In this document: positions 22,701 to 30,995 of the stretch, piece by piece
Layout: each line of letters starts with the position of its first letter
Numbering within the stretch: the first letter of the stretch is position 1
Assembly: GCA_025839675.1 (NCBI GenBank)
Contig: CP104013.1
Location: 5,280,001-5,312,000 of the forward strand
Length of the DNA: 32,000 nt
Direction: 5' to 3'
From: Candidatus Lokiarchaeum ossiferum
GTDB taxonomy: Archaea; Asgardarchaeota; Lokiarchaeia; Sigyniarchaeales; Promethearchaeaceae
Made by a program: the position numbers and the translations under genes
Notes under the pieces: generated by a model
The model's database searches: none
What the model was told of the DNA's origin: nothing
The model's input: only the letters and a program-made list of their open reading frames with translations

Positions 22701-25008
22701 TTTTGTCCAAGACCATGATGATGAATTTTTCAATACATTGAGTAAACTTGATATGGCCTTAAAAATGTCTGAATCCATGGATGCAAATCAACCTTTGGAA
22801 AAGGTTGATTTGCTCGTTTTTATGGGTCAATATCTCGCGCAAAATAAAGAATTTACCATGGCTCAAGAACGGTTAGAGGAAGCCTATCACATTTCGAAAG
22901 TCTATGGGCGGGAAGCAAAGTCATATCTCGCAGATATTTGCAAAGGATTTGGGAATTTATATTATCACCAAGAAAAATGGGATGAAAGCTTACGGTATTT
23001 TGAGCAGAGTGTGAGGTTATATGAAACACTTCACAAATTAAAAGATGCGGCGATCTGTTTAAACATGCTCGGAGTTGTAAATCTTAAAATTCAAGATAAT
23101 CAAAGGGCATTATTTTATTTTGAGCAAGTCCAAAAATTCCCTATAAATGAAGAAAATGCTGAAAAAGTGGCAGAAAATTTAGTTAGGGCTGCTGAACAAC
23201 ATGAATTTTTTGGTCATTTTCAGCAGTCCCTTTCCTTTTTGCTGCAAAGTCAACAAATTTATGAAAGCTACCAGATCGAATCCAATATACTCGCTCCAAC
23301 ATATTTGAAAATTGCTCAACTCTATTTTTTAGTTGGTCATTTTGATAAAGCGCTACCTTATTATGAAAACGCTCTGAAACAATATCAACTGAGTGGTGAC
23401 ACTCATTATATCACGGTCTTACCCAAAAAAATTGAGGAATTGCAAAATAAACAACCTGATCAAGAAGTGCGATTAAAGGCTTTCTTTCATAAGGCGGAGG
23501 CCATGTGGGGTTCTGATGAACCCTTGAGTGACCTCTTGAAAGCTTATCAGAAAGTACTATTTATTGAGAGTTTTATTCCAAATATTGAGATTAAAGCAAA
23601 AACTTATTATAATCTCGGAGTTATTTACTCGATTTTAGGCGATCCCTATCATACACGAACTAATTTAGAAAAATTCTTTCAATTACTGGATTCAATTCCT
23701 TCAGATCCTCCTCTTGAAGAATTGAAATCGGATGCAACCACAAAACTTAACTTGGTTAAAGCCATTCCCGATTCCATTGAATTCTATGAAAACCAATTGG
23801 AAGATTTGCTCACAGAAGAGAATTATATCCAGGTTGGGAAGGTATATCGTCATCTTCTTCGTTTTTTTAATTTAAATCGGGATTATGGGAAATTAAGTCT
23901 AGCTTTATATAATTTTGCTCAAATTACCTTTACCAATTTGAATAATTTTAATGAAGCTATGCTTCTTTTTAAATTCAGCGCAGATGTATTTGCGCAATTA
24001 GGGGATGAACAAAAACGAAATGAAATTTGGAAAGAGCTTTCATCACAATATTTCACCCATGAACAGAAAGAGAAAAGTGTGGAATTTTGCCTAAAACTTG
24101 TGGATTATTATAAAGATCATCCTAATGAAACAGAATTATGTAAAATGGCCAATTTCACCGGAAATATCTATTCTGATTTACGAAAATATGAATTAGCAAG
24201 TAACTATAAAGAAATTGCTTTGAATTGTTGTAAAAGCTTGGAACTCCCTGATGAAAAACTGGATATTTTAATTGGTTTAGGATTCGTACAAGAACAGCAG
24301 GCAAATCTGGATGCTGCTTTACAAGCTTACCAAGAAGGTTTGCATTATGCTATCGATCAACAACATTCTGTATACATTCAAGCTTTCAATATTAATCTTG
24401 CAGAAATCAACTATTTTCAAGGAAATTTTCCGAAGGCAGAAGAATTCTCTCAAAAAGCAGTTGAATTATTTGATACCGTACAAATTGGAGATTATCTCGC
24501 CGTCGCTCATTCTCGCTTGGGGGATCTCCATTTTGATCAAAATGAGATCGAAAAAGCTCAGGAGTACTATGCCAAAGCGTGTGACTTTCACCAACAACAA
24601 GGAAATCAAGTAGATTTCTGGAATACTCAGCTAAAATATGATTTTTGTAAATATAAAATAGATCCTACTGAATTCTCTATTGAAGTATTTGATGAACGAG
24701 TAAAGGAGTGTGAACCCTTTGAAAATTCAGATACAAAAATTGAAATTTATATGACCATTGCCAAAATATGTGTTTCTCAGCAAAAATTTGAGAAAGCGCA
24801 AACTTTCTTCACTTTGGGATTGAGTTTAAGTGAACTACTTGCAAACGCCCTTTTTACAGCCTTTATTCTATATCTTTGGGGAAAAATGGAGTTTTTAAGT
24901 TTAGATAAGCCAGTAGGTATTGAAAAACTGACTCTCGCGAAAGATAAGTTTAAGCGGATAAATAACCCTGAAATCGAACAAGATATTCAAAAATTGCTCG
25001 AAAATTAA
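19726..25008 (+). CDS. SIR2-like (SIR2_2-type) domain fused to about 1400 aa of TPR repeats, 1760 aa
   Basis: SIR2 motifs: YTFLVGAGISMN (GAGIS 19822-19836), LVTTNFDFMLERA (Asn123, 20092-20094), YKIHGS (His174, 20245-20247), LIVMGYSGSDDFDI. The rest is KLC-like TPR units, interrupted by an acidic/Ser-rich linker (...STEEEDSESIKIAEDNQDDSF...). No Walker A motif was found. Confidence 0.85.
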   Translation: MTQSGVKGNSTASPTQLISELFHPEGNYTFLVGAGISMNAPANIPSAVQFVKSILELCAPQEEIDSILSLQYLRYELLIEKFKIYLDTNLHFLDYLEFATQPNLLHLFLASALLHKQYLVTTNFDFMLERALQAILLPTEEYKIVPVITKADFGRDFRPYDLVEQGLCPIYKIHGSKKNIITGEDTAGSLITTMGSLGRDRAIGETFTLEEYKQQPFYNLVKGRTLIVMGYSGSDDFDIGPMLMNLPTIENLVWIDHSSDKHWKINCIAPVSTSNSFKNPSSKTSQLLHNIASNINISVYHVLADTHDFVKTVLWPKMMPNFPLVSEEILQNTTKLPDFNQWIQQEFQNDLPTMVKKWQFACSLYADFNQWKALGRCAKNGLEESQKINDPLSQTLFLNYLGKAQAKQLKLYSAMQHFQEGLDIAEKTDQFEYMATFINNVGVISSYLQYVMDSSQKEATLEMFENALTVFEQHQNQWGKIATLTNIAGIEFFQGNYLESNKNLMESYTQTQHLGNLAFKSVICYDLAIICEFLMSEKDVLNNYHEGISINHQMGDVIGELNGHFQLLQYWFIKGDYKQAKSAFLQALSLGSKCKNESLIADLYSWKAWVDYKTNNLGSAIQNMQKTFQMYESLQKIDLVRLWQAQSLSDLGYFEFGQNQPEKALTHWKQALALIEEKNLHSPYIEIISKQLNGNIKIAQDEIRVLPSLDNILPYISDLTHHLNSLDDKIKFLEKAIASEFKSIDLPPFEDPFQGKVYAKIDALFDLGYLFLTNRDSIRSTEKFELAIDLISRLEQYSMLERHFENFAHLGIIWKNIRAYRTQYFFLTQDDFDLTQENLSWMASWHSRSKSKDAFKFMHQAQDCFNDEKYTEAIELFSKAKDIFEKLGETRQVQEIQETIDTVLVLNAVENKNLKEEMTKDPESTLKVLQTLQKMKLRGKSNSTEEEDSESIKIAEDNQDDSFSSLNGVFNRDLVSSTQFLITLEDKGRNIDFVQDHDDEFFNTLSKLDMALKMSESMDANQPLEKVDLLVFMGQYLAQNKEFTMAQERLEEAYHISKVYGREAKSYLADICKGFGNLYYHQEKWDESLRYFEQSVRLYETLHKLKDAAICLNMLGVVNLKIQDNQRALFYFEQVQKFPINEENAEKVAENLVRAAEQHEFFGHFQQSLSFLLQSQQIYESYQIESNILAPTYLKIAQLYFLVGHFDKALPYYENALKQYQLSGDTHYITVLPKKIEELQNKQPDQEVRLKAFFHKAEAMWGSDEPLSDLLKAYQKVLFIESFIPNIEIKAKTYYNLGVIYSILGDPYHTRTNLEKFFQLLDSIPSDPPLEELKSDATTKLNLVKAIPDSIEFYENQLEDLLTEENYIQVGKVYRHLLRFFNLNRDYGKLSLALYNFAQITFTNLNNFNEAMLLFKFSADVFAQLGDEQKRNEIWKELSSQYFTHEQKEKSVEFCLKLVDYYKDHPNETELCKMANFTGNIYSDLRKYELASNYKEIALNCCKSLELPDEKLDILIGLGFVQEQQANLDAALQAYQEGLHYAIDQQHSVYIQAFNINLAEINYFQGNFPKAEEFSQKAVELFDTVQIGDYLAVAHSRLGDLHFDQNEIEKAQEYYAKACDFHQQQGNQVDFWNTQLKYDFCKYKIDPTEFSIEVFDERVKECEPFENSDTKIEIYMTIAKICVSQQKFEKAQTFFTLGLSLSELLANALFTAFILYLWGKMEFLSLDKPVGIEKLTLAKDKFKRINNPEIEQDIQKLLEN

Positions 25009-25056
25009 TTTTTATCTTGAACTTTTTCTCCAATTCACTGTAATGCATTATTTTTA

Positions 25057-25710
25057 TTATTTTTTACCTCCAAGTACATAAATCCGGGATATTTTGATTT
25101 CGGAAGGATTAGGTTTCCGTGTTTCTGAGAATTCAATGTCAAATCCCCCTTTTTTGAATAACTCGTGGAGTTCTTCTACTTGAAATTGTGAAAAGTAGAG
25201 GTGGGTCGGAATCTCAAATACTTCTTCTAAGTATTCTTCTGCTTTCCCTTCTTTTACAACAACCAGCAATTTTCCATTAGGTCTTAAAATTCGGTAAAAT
25301 TCTTGGAATATGGCTGGAATACTTTTCTTTGGTGTATCAATAATTGAGTAATAAGCAATAATGCCATCAAAAGTCTCATTTTCAAATTTTAAATCTATTA
25401 AATTCATACGATAAAAATCTATTGAAGGATATAAATTTTGAGCCATTTGAATACACCGATCAGAAATATCAACACCAACGACCTCTAGGTCCAAATTGAC
25501 CAAGAAATTTCCAATATGAAATGAAGGACCGCACCCTGCATCTAAAATTTTCGCTTTTTCAGTAAATAAACCTGCAAAATTCGTTAAAATTTGGCGATCA
25601 TAGGGTTTGTCATCGAGTTCATTTTGAAATAATTCGTGGTATTTCTCAGAAATCAAATTATATGATTTGCGGGTATTCTCATGAACATCGTTTAGATCTA
25701 TATTCTTCAT
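25057..25710 (-). CDS. Class I SAM-dependent methyltransferase (Methyltransf_11/25-like), 217 aa from ATG 25710
   Basis: Motif I is KILDAGCGPSFH. The post-I acidic residue is in VVGVDISD. Motif IV-like sequence is FDGIIAYYS. The ORF-track start at 25722 is a TTG; an in-frame ATG lies at 25710. Confidence 0.8.
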   Translation of the reverse strand: MKNIDLNDVHENTRKSYNLISEKYHELFQNELDDKPYDRQILTNFAGLFTEKAKILDAGCGPSFHIGNFLVNLDLEVVGVDISDRCIQMAQNLYPSIDFYRMNLIDLKFENETFDGIIAYYSIIDTPKKSIPAIFQEFYRILRPNGKLLVVVKEGKAEEYLEEVFEIPTHLYFSQFQVEELHELFKKGGFDIEFSETRKPNPSEIKISRIYVLGGKK

Positions 25711-25992
25711 TGCACATCTCAATTAATCATTATGTCTCCCTTCAAAATAATTATTTTCAACCTTTTTCAAGGTTTTATGAGAATACTGTTTTCAGAAATA
25801 ATTTACTTGTTTTTAAAAATGGTAAAAATTAATTTCTTGTAGAATGCATTTTTGACTGAATTATTGAAATTTTCTTTATCCTTCCTCATGATATGTTTTA
25901 TTCCCCTTTATTTTTAAAGGAATTATATTGTGCTATATCACCAATATTATTGGTGGGACAAGATTTTTTTACCCATAAACGATCATCCCCGT

Positions 25993-28566
25993 ATGAATAT
26001 AAAAACCTTAGAAATGCTCAAACAAGGAAAAGCGGTTTTTTTCATTGGTGCGGGTATTTCTATGATTCCTCCTTCCTGTCTACCAAGTTGGTGGCAAATC
26101 AATCATATTATTTTGGATGCTTTGGAAAGTGAAGCCTCCAGTCTTATTCCACAGGAAACAAATATCGTTAAATTGATTAAAAAACGGGAAGAAGATGGGA
26201 AACTTCCTCCCGAATATGTTGCAGAAATCATAACAAATCGTATTGGGGATTCATACTTTGAAGTTTTACAGGGGTTAGAAGGAGAATCTCCTAATGAAGC
26301 TCATTTGTGGTTAGCAGTTTTGGCAAAAGCAGGATTGTTACCTGCAATTATTACTACCAATTTCGATACTCTAGTTGAGCGAGCCTTTGATGCCGTAGGT
26401 GTCCCGCTGGAAGTTATCGTTGATCCTAATGAGTATCTCGATGTTCCTAAACTCCTTGAAAATCATAATCCGAAAACTTCCCCTTGTCTTTTGCTTAAAT
26501 TGCATGGAACTGCCACACGACCGAAGACATGCATTGATACATTGGCTCAAAGAAAACGTGGATTACATCCAAATATTAATCAAGCTTTAAATTGTCTTGG
26601 ACAATCCAAATTTTGGATCTTTTTAGGGTATTCAGGTAGTGATTTAGAAGCCGATCCTGGTTATTTGGGCATACGAAAACGTATAAAGGATTCTCCAGGT
26701 TTTGCATGGTTACATCTCCCAAATCAAGAGCCATTATCAGTTGTTTCGGATTTAGCAACTGCGTATGGTGAAGATCGAGGTATTATTGATGTAGGAATAT
26801 TACCACAATGGTTTAATACATGTTCTACACTTCTTCCACCAAGGATCGTTGTACCACAGTTCATTTCATATACAAATGAAGAAATTAAACAAATTAAATC
26901 ACAAAAATTAAACCGTGTAGTTGAATGTGCACGATCTTGGGCTTCCGATCGAAGTAATTCTACTTGTGCAATCTTGCTTTCTGATATTGGAAATAACGCA
27001 GGACTTTACGATATTTCCCACCAATTAATTCAATCTATTTTATCCAATTCAAATATTGTTGATATCGATGGATTCAATTCGGGGATACTTCACTCGCAAT
27101 TAGGTGAAATTGAGAAATTCCATGGAAATTATGAAATTGCCCTAGAGAATTATCAAAAGGCAGCTGATCATTTTAAGTCTTGTAATCATACCGATGGATA
27201 TATTACGAGCTTAGGTGAAATTGCTCTCATTCAAGCAAATTTTGGGGAATTTGATAAAGCCATTGCAGTTACCAAAAATAATTTGAAGTACAACCAAGAT
27301 CTTTCTGATAATGAAGGAATAATTCATGCTTACTTAAATTTGGGAAGTCTTTACCGAGAGAATGATAATTTCGACTTGGCAAAAAATGTCTACTTACAAG
27401 CAATTAAATTTGCTGGACTACATGGTTTAGAGGTTTTACGGGCCAATGGATTACTTGGGTTAGGTCAAGTTGAAGATATTCTCTCAGAAGTTGACGCTGC
27501 TGAAGAAAAATTTCAAGAAGCTTATAACATATATTCACGATTGGGTGATGATGCTTTTGTTTCTGAATCGTTAAGATCTCTTGCTGGTATTTATTCTCGA
27601 AGAGGCGATTTGGTTCGTGCATTAAATTATCTATCCAACGCTTTACAAAAAGCAGATATGACTGGAAATAAATCACGTTATGTTCGGGCGCAAAAGGATA
27701 TCGCAGATATATTATTACAACAAGGCAAAAATAATGAAGCTCTTACACAACTCAAAAAAGCGAGCCAGACTGCTGAAGAACTCAACAATATTTCCCTTTT
27801 AATTACGCTTTGGCAAAGCATCGGTAATATCTATCAAAACCAAGGAGAACTCGATTTAGCTCATGAAATCTTTTCAAAATCATTAGAAAAAGCAAAACGA
27901 TTTGGATTAAAAGTCAAGATTGCAGGTCTGGAAAACAATCTCGGTATTATATCTGAACAGAAGGGTAATATCGATCACGCTTTGGAATATTATTGTCGAG
28001 CCAATGCTGCTTTCCATGAGACACATCAAGTTGAATCTCGAGCGGGAACTTTGGGGAATATTGGTAATATATTTTTGAGAAAGGGTGATTATAACAAAGC
28101 ATCGGAGAAATATCGTGAATCTCTTCGAATATTTGAACAATTAAATAATGTGGATGGAATAATTCGAACTCAGTACAATCTCGCTAATGCAAAGTATTAC
28201 ACTGGAGAAGTTCAAGCCTCCCAAATTTATTTTGAAAAGGCTATCAAATCTGCTGAAAAATATCAGCAGATTAATCTACGAGATACTTTCCAAATGAACT
28301 ATGCAAGTGTATTATTTGGCCTTGAGAATTTTGATGATGCGATTAGGATGTATTCTCAAGTGAGTAATTCTTTCTCAGCACGAGAAGATTACTATCAAGC
28401 TGGTTTGGCAAGTTATTATTGTGGATTGGCTTTTATCAAAATGCAATCAAGAGATGATGCTATATACTTTCTTGAACTGGCAATCAATTCTTGGAACAAG
28501 TTAGATACTATGCCAGAACAGAAATCTGAAATTGAAAATATCCTTCTTTCATTAAATTCTACATAA
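25993..28566 (+). CDS. SIR2-like (SIR2_2-type) domain fused to TPR repeats, 857 aa from ATG 25993; paralogue of 19726-25008
   Basis: SIR2 motifs: AVFFIGAGISMI (26047-26061), IITTNFDTLVERA (Asn123, 26359-26361), LKLHGT (His171, 26503-26505), IFLGYSGSDLEADP. About 13 KLC-like TPR units follow (for example LGNIGNIFLRKGDYNKASEKYRESLRIFEQL). I prefer ATG 25993 to the ORF-track GTG 25930 because it places the Asn at the same residue number as in the paralogue. No Walker A motif. Confidence 0.85.
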   Translation: MNIKTLEMLKQGKAVFFIGAGISMIPPSCLPSWWQINHIILDALESEASSLIPQETNIVKLIKKREEDGKLPPEYVAEIITNRIGDSYFEVLQGLEGESPNEAHLWLAVLAKAGLLPAIITTNFDTLVERAFDAVGVPLEVIVDPNEYLDVPKLLENHNPKTSPCLLLKLHGTATRPKTCIDTLAQRKRGLHPNINQALNCLGQSKFWIFLGYSGSDLEADPGYLGIRKRIKDSPGFAWLHLPNQEPLSVVSDLATAYGEDRGIIDVGILPQWFNTCSTLLPPRIVVPQFISYTNEEIKQIKSQKLNRVVECARSWASDRSNSTCAILLSDIGNNAGLYDISHQLIQSILSNSNIVDIDGFNSGILHSQLGEIEKFHGNYEIALENYQKAADHFKSCNHTDGYITSLGEIALIQANFGEFDKAIAVTKNNLKYNQDLSDNEGIIHAYLNLGSLYRENDNFDLAKNVYLQAIKFAGLHGLEVLRANGLLGLGQVEDILSEVDAAEEKFQEAYNIYSRLGDDAFVSESLRSLAGIYSRRGDLVRALNYLSNALQKADMTGNKSRYVRAQKDIADILLQQGKNNEALTQLKKASQTAEELNNISLLITLWQSIGNIYQNQGELDLAHEIFSKSLEKAKRFGLKVKIAGLENNLGIISEQKGNIDHALEYYCRANAAFHETHQVESRAGTLGNIGNIFLRKGDYNKASEKYRESLRIFEQLNNVDGIIRTQYNLANAKYYTGEVQASQIYFEKAIKSAEKYQQINLRDTFQMNYASVLFGLENFDDAIRMYSQVSNSFSAREDYYQAGLASYYCGLAFIKMQSRDDAIYFLELAINSWNKLDTMPEQKSEIENILLSLNST

Positions 28567-28755
28567 TTCATTTAAGATGTCTTAATCTCTCTTAAATCTC
28601 TTTTTTCCCTAGTTTCTCGGCCAATAATCTACTCAAAAGTTGAAAAGATCCAATTATTGTCATTGGAATAATTATTAAAAAGAATCGGTCACAATATCGT
28701 TAACTTACCCTTAAGGGTATAACCTTCATTCTTGCAATTGGGATATAGCGAGATA

Positions 28756-29982
28756 ATGAATAATCATCAACACCCTAATACACAAAACGAATTGTCAAAA
28801 ATGGAAAAAGATCAATCATATGGGATATTTCGCCATATTGATGAGATGAATCTTTTTTTCTCTTTTCCAAAAAACAGTTCTTGGCATCTCCAGCAAATTA
28901 AACAATTTTTAACAGAACAAGGCGTATGTTTTGAAAAAGTTCGAGATCGCTATTTCCAAAAACGGGTCTATCGACGTATAAAGTGGTTGGAGAAAAAAGA
29001 TTGCGAAAAATATTATTCCTTTCTGCGAAAAAGTGAAGAAGAGATAAATTGGTTCAAAGGAACCATTTCTGATCATATTCTTGCCATTTCTGAAGTAAAA
29101 AATATACCTAAAGCCTTCCAAAAATCTCTGGAAAATGATAGAAATAACTTTAATCTTCTCCTAGTTTTGTTTAAATCTGCCGGGTTAGATTTAGATAATT
29201 ATCGTGAACATTATCTCCAACATCGGGTTTTAAATCGAATATCAAAATTGAAGATGTCTAATTTATCTGCCTATATTTCCTATGTTAAAACACATCCTGA
29301 AGAAATCCATAATTTCGTGGGTAGTTTAGCCATTAATACAACCAAATTCTTCCGAAATAAGTCTGTCTGGGTGTATCTCGAATCCCAATTATTTCCCTTT
29401 TTGAATATCCAATCTCAAAATGAAACAAAGTCGCTGACAAATAAGTCTATCCGAATTCTCTCGGCACCTTGTAGTTCGGGGGAAGAACCCTATTCGATCG
29501 CGATGATTCATGAAAAATTATGTAGCAAAGGTATAGTTCATCGTCCCCTCGAAATAGTCGCACTTGATATTGATATTGATGCAATAAACAAAGCTCAGAC
29601 TGCTTTCTATGGAAGGAGTTCAATAAATCATTTGGATCCATATTATACTTCCCAGTTTTTTCATTTTGAAAGTTTACATCCAAAAACCAAAGAAAAACTC
29701 TTTGGTTTGTCTTCTGAGATTACAAGAAAAGTGAAGTTTTTCAATTACAATTTATTTGAATCATTAGAACGTTTTGGGAAATTTGATGTGATTTTTTGCC
29801 GTAATTTCTTAATTTATATTTCAAAAGAAAGAGAATTTGATGTTTTGAAACATTTAATTTCGGTATTGAATCCGGGCGGATTTCTAAATATTGGAAAATC
29901 TGAAACTATAGATCTGTCCTTGGATTTTGGACTTAAGATCAAAGATATTGCTTCAAATACGTTTCAAACGCTAAAATTATAG
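28756..29982 (+). CDS. CheR-type SAM-dependent protein methyltransferase with a duplicated CheR_N-like helical domain
   Basis: CheR signatures: LAINTTKFFRN, IRILSAPCSSGEEPYSIAMI, FDVIFCRNFLIYISKE. Two CheR_N-like segments are present: FLTEQGVCFEKVRDRYFQKRVYRRIKWL...YYSFLRKSEEEINWF (~28888-29068) and LFKSAGLDLDNYREHYLQHRVLNRISKL...YISYVKTHPEEIHNF (~29152-29353). I prefer ATG 28756 to the ORF-track TTG 28732. Confidence 0.85.
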   Translation: MNNHQHPNTQNELSKMEKDQSYGIFRHIDEMNLFFSFPKNSSWHLQQIKQFLTEQGVCFEKVRDRYFQKRVYRRIKWLEKKDCEKYYSFLRKSEEEINWFKGTISDHILAISEVKNIPKAFQKSLENDRNNFNLLLVLFKSAGLDLDNYREHYLQHRVLNRISKLKMSNLSAYISYVKTHPEEIHNFVGSLAINTTKFFRNKSVWVYLESQLFPFLNIQSQNETKSLTNKSIRILSAPCSSGEEPYSIAMIHEKLCSKGIVHRPLEIVALDIDIDAINKAQTAFYGRSSINHLDPYYTSQFFHFESLHPKTKEKLFGLSSEITRKVKFFNYNLFESLERFGKFDVIFCRNFLIYISKEREFDVLKHLISVLNPGGFLNIGKSETIDLSLDFGLKIKDIASNTFQTLKL

Positions 29983-30008
29983 AAAAAAGGGTTAAATTTC
30001 GTTTTATT

Positions 30009-30923
30009 TTAGAAATAGAGCATGATTTTTTGAACTTCTTCTTTCAATGCTGTGGTTTTTGCTAAAATCTCTTCTGGATTGGTGGTAGTAACATTATTAT
30101 ATCCAATACTTAAGAAGAATTTTCGCTTGCTATGTGTAAAACGTGAGATTTGGATTGAAGTTGGCCCTGTTTGTAATGAAAAATCCGCCATATTCAATTC
30201 CACTTTTTTAGACTCAAAGCTAGAAAATAATTCTGGTGCGACATTCTTCATCATTTCTTGGTCTACACTGGAAGCAAAATAAGACCCAATCTCGACGAAA
30301 TTTTCAGAATATATTATGATAAAGTCAATATTTTCTTGGAAATTATTTTTTTCCACAAATTCTGAGAATATCACGCCAAAATTATCCATTAAAATCGAAT
30401 TTCCCATTAATGCTTTCGATAATGCGTGAATGACTGAGATTGGATTGAATATGGAAGTATGGAAAATATCGGCTTCAAGAGGTTTCGCCATCTCAACGAA
30501 TTTTTGCCCTACTGTTTCAGCAAGCCTCATTGTATCTGCATCAAGTTCCATTCCTGGATCCAGCTTGTTAATCACAATATTGATTTTCGCTTCAGGACTA
30601 TATTCAAGAATGGCTACTCTCACTGCTTGGAAATAATTAATTGCATCATTAAAAGAACTTTGATCTTGAATATCAATGACATAAAAACATTCATCAATAT
30701 CAGAAAAATTTATCTCAGCTTTTTTTATGTGCTTCTGGCGAAGTTTAGATTGGCCTCCAAGATCCCAAATGACGATTTCCTTATCAAGAAAGTTGATCTT
30801 TGTTCTCTCTATTCCTTTTGTGGGTTTAAGTTTACTTAGGGCTTTAAATTCGCGCTGAAATGTTTTTACAATGCTTGTTTTGCCGGAGTTATCTATTCCT
30901 ATAATGGGTATTTTGATTGCCAT
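30009..30923 (-). CDS. Small GTPase with a C-terminal roadblock-like domain (Rag/Gtr-like architecture), 304 aa
   Basis: G1 GIDNSGKTS, G2 PTKGIE, G3 WDLGGQ, G4 NKLD, and a G5-like HTSIFNPISVIHALSKAL (compare Rag/Gtr TSIWDxxxxxAWS). A further ~130 aa follow (NFGVIFSEFVEK...IDFIIIYSENFVEIGSY) in the position of the Rag roadblock domain. Confidence 0.75.
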   Translation of the reverse strand: MAIKIPIIGIDNSGKTSIVKTFQREFKALSKLKPTKGIERTKINFLDKEIVIWDLGGQSKLRQKHIKKAEINFSDIDECFYVIDIQDQSSFNDAINYFQAVRVAILEYSPEAKINIVINKLDPGMELDADTMRLAETVGQKFVEMAKPLEADIFHTSIFNPISVIHALSKALMGNSILMDNFGVIFSEFVEKNNFQENIDFIIIYSENFVEIGSYFASSVDQEMMKNVAPELFSSFESKKVELNMADFSLQTGPTSIQISRFTHSKRKFFLSIGYNNVTTTNPEEILAKTTALKEEVQKIMLYF

Positions 30924-30995
30924 GTTTATCTGCCATTTATATCAAGTAATACTATCTTAAATATTTTTTTTGAATATGAAAAAAAGAGAATCTTA

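Noticed and set aside
25893-26132. 79-aa ORF and the GTG-25930 N-terminal extension of SIR2-TPR-2.
   Set aside because: The extension (MLYHQYYWWDKIFLPINDHPR) has no counterpart in the paralogue and covers the promoter palindrome. ATG 25993 gives matching motif numbering. The 79-aa ORF is an out-of-frame overlap.
19726-28566. Search for a P-loop/STAND NTPase, SLOG, TIR or nuclease domain within the two SIR2-TPR proteins.
   Set aside because: No GxxxxGK[ST] or other such motif was seen in either translation. The regions after the SIR2 domain read as continuous TPR-like helices. A very divergent domain cannot be excluded by eye.
28706-28719. Perfect 14-bp palindrome TACCCTTAAGGGTA, 37 nt upstream of the CheR-like ATG.
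   Set aside because: A rough estimate (about 0.29 complementarity chance per position pair) predicts several 14-bp palindromes per 32 kb by chance. No second copy or supporting promoter element was found. I noted it but did not call it an operator.
22302-30839. Remaining short ORFs from the track: 22302-22499(-), 22319-22555(-), 24311-24613(+), 26399-26590(+), 26576-26758(-), 27404-27676(-), 27907-28140(-), 28909-29121(-), 29447-29683(-), 30052-30282(+), 30430-30636(+), 30459-30839(+); also 31771-31977(+) and 19097-19279(-).
   Set aside because: Each is nested in, or antisense to, a long motif-supported CDS and shows no independent signal.
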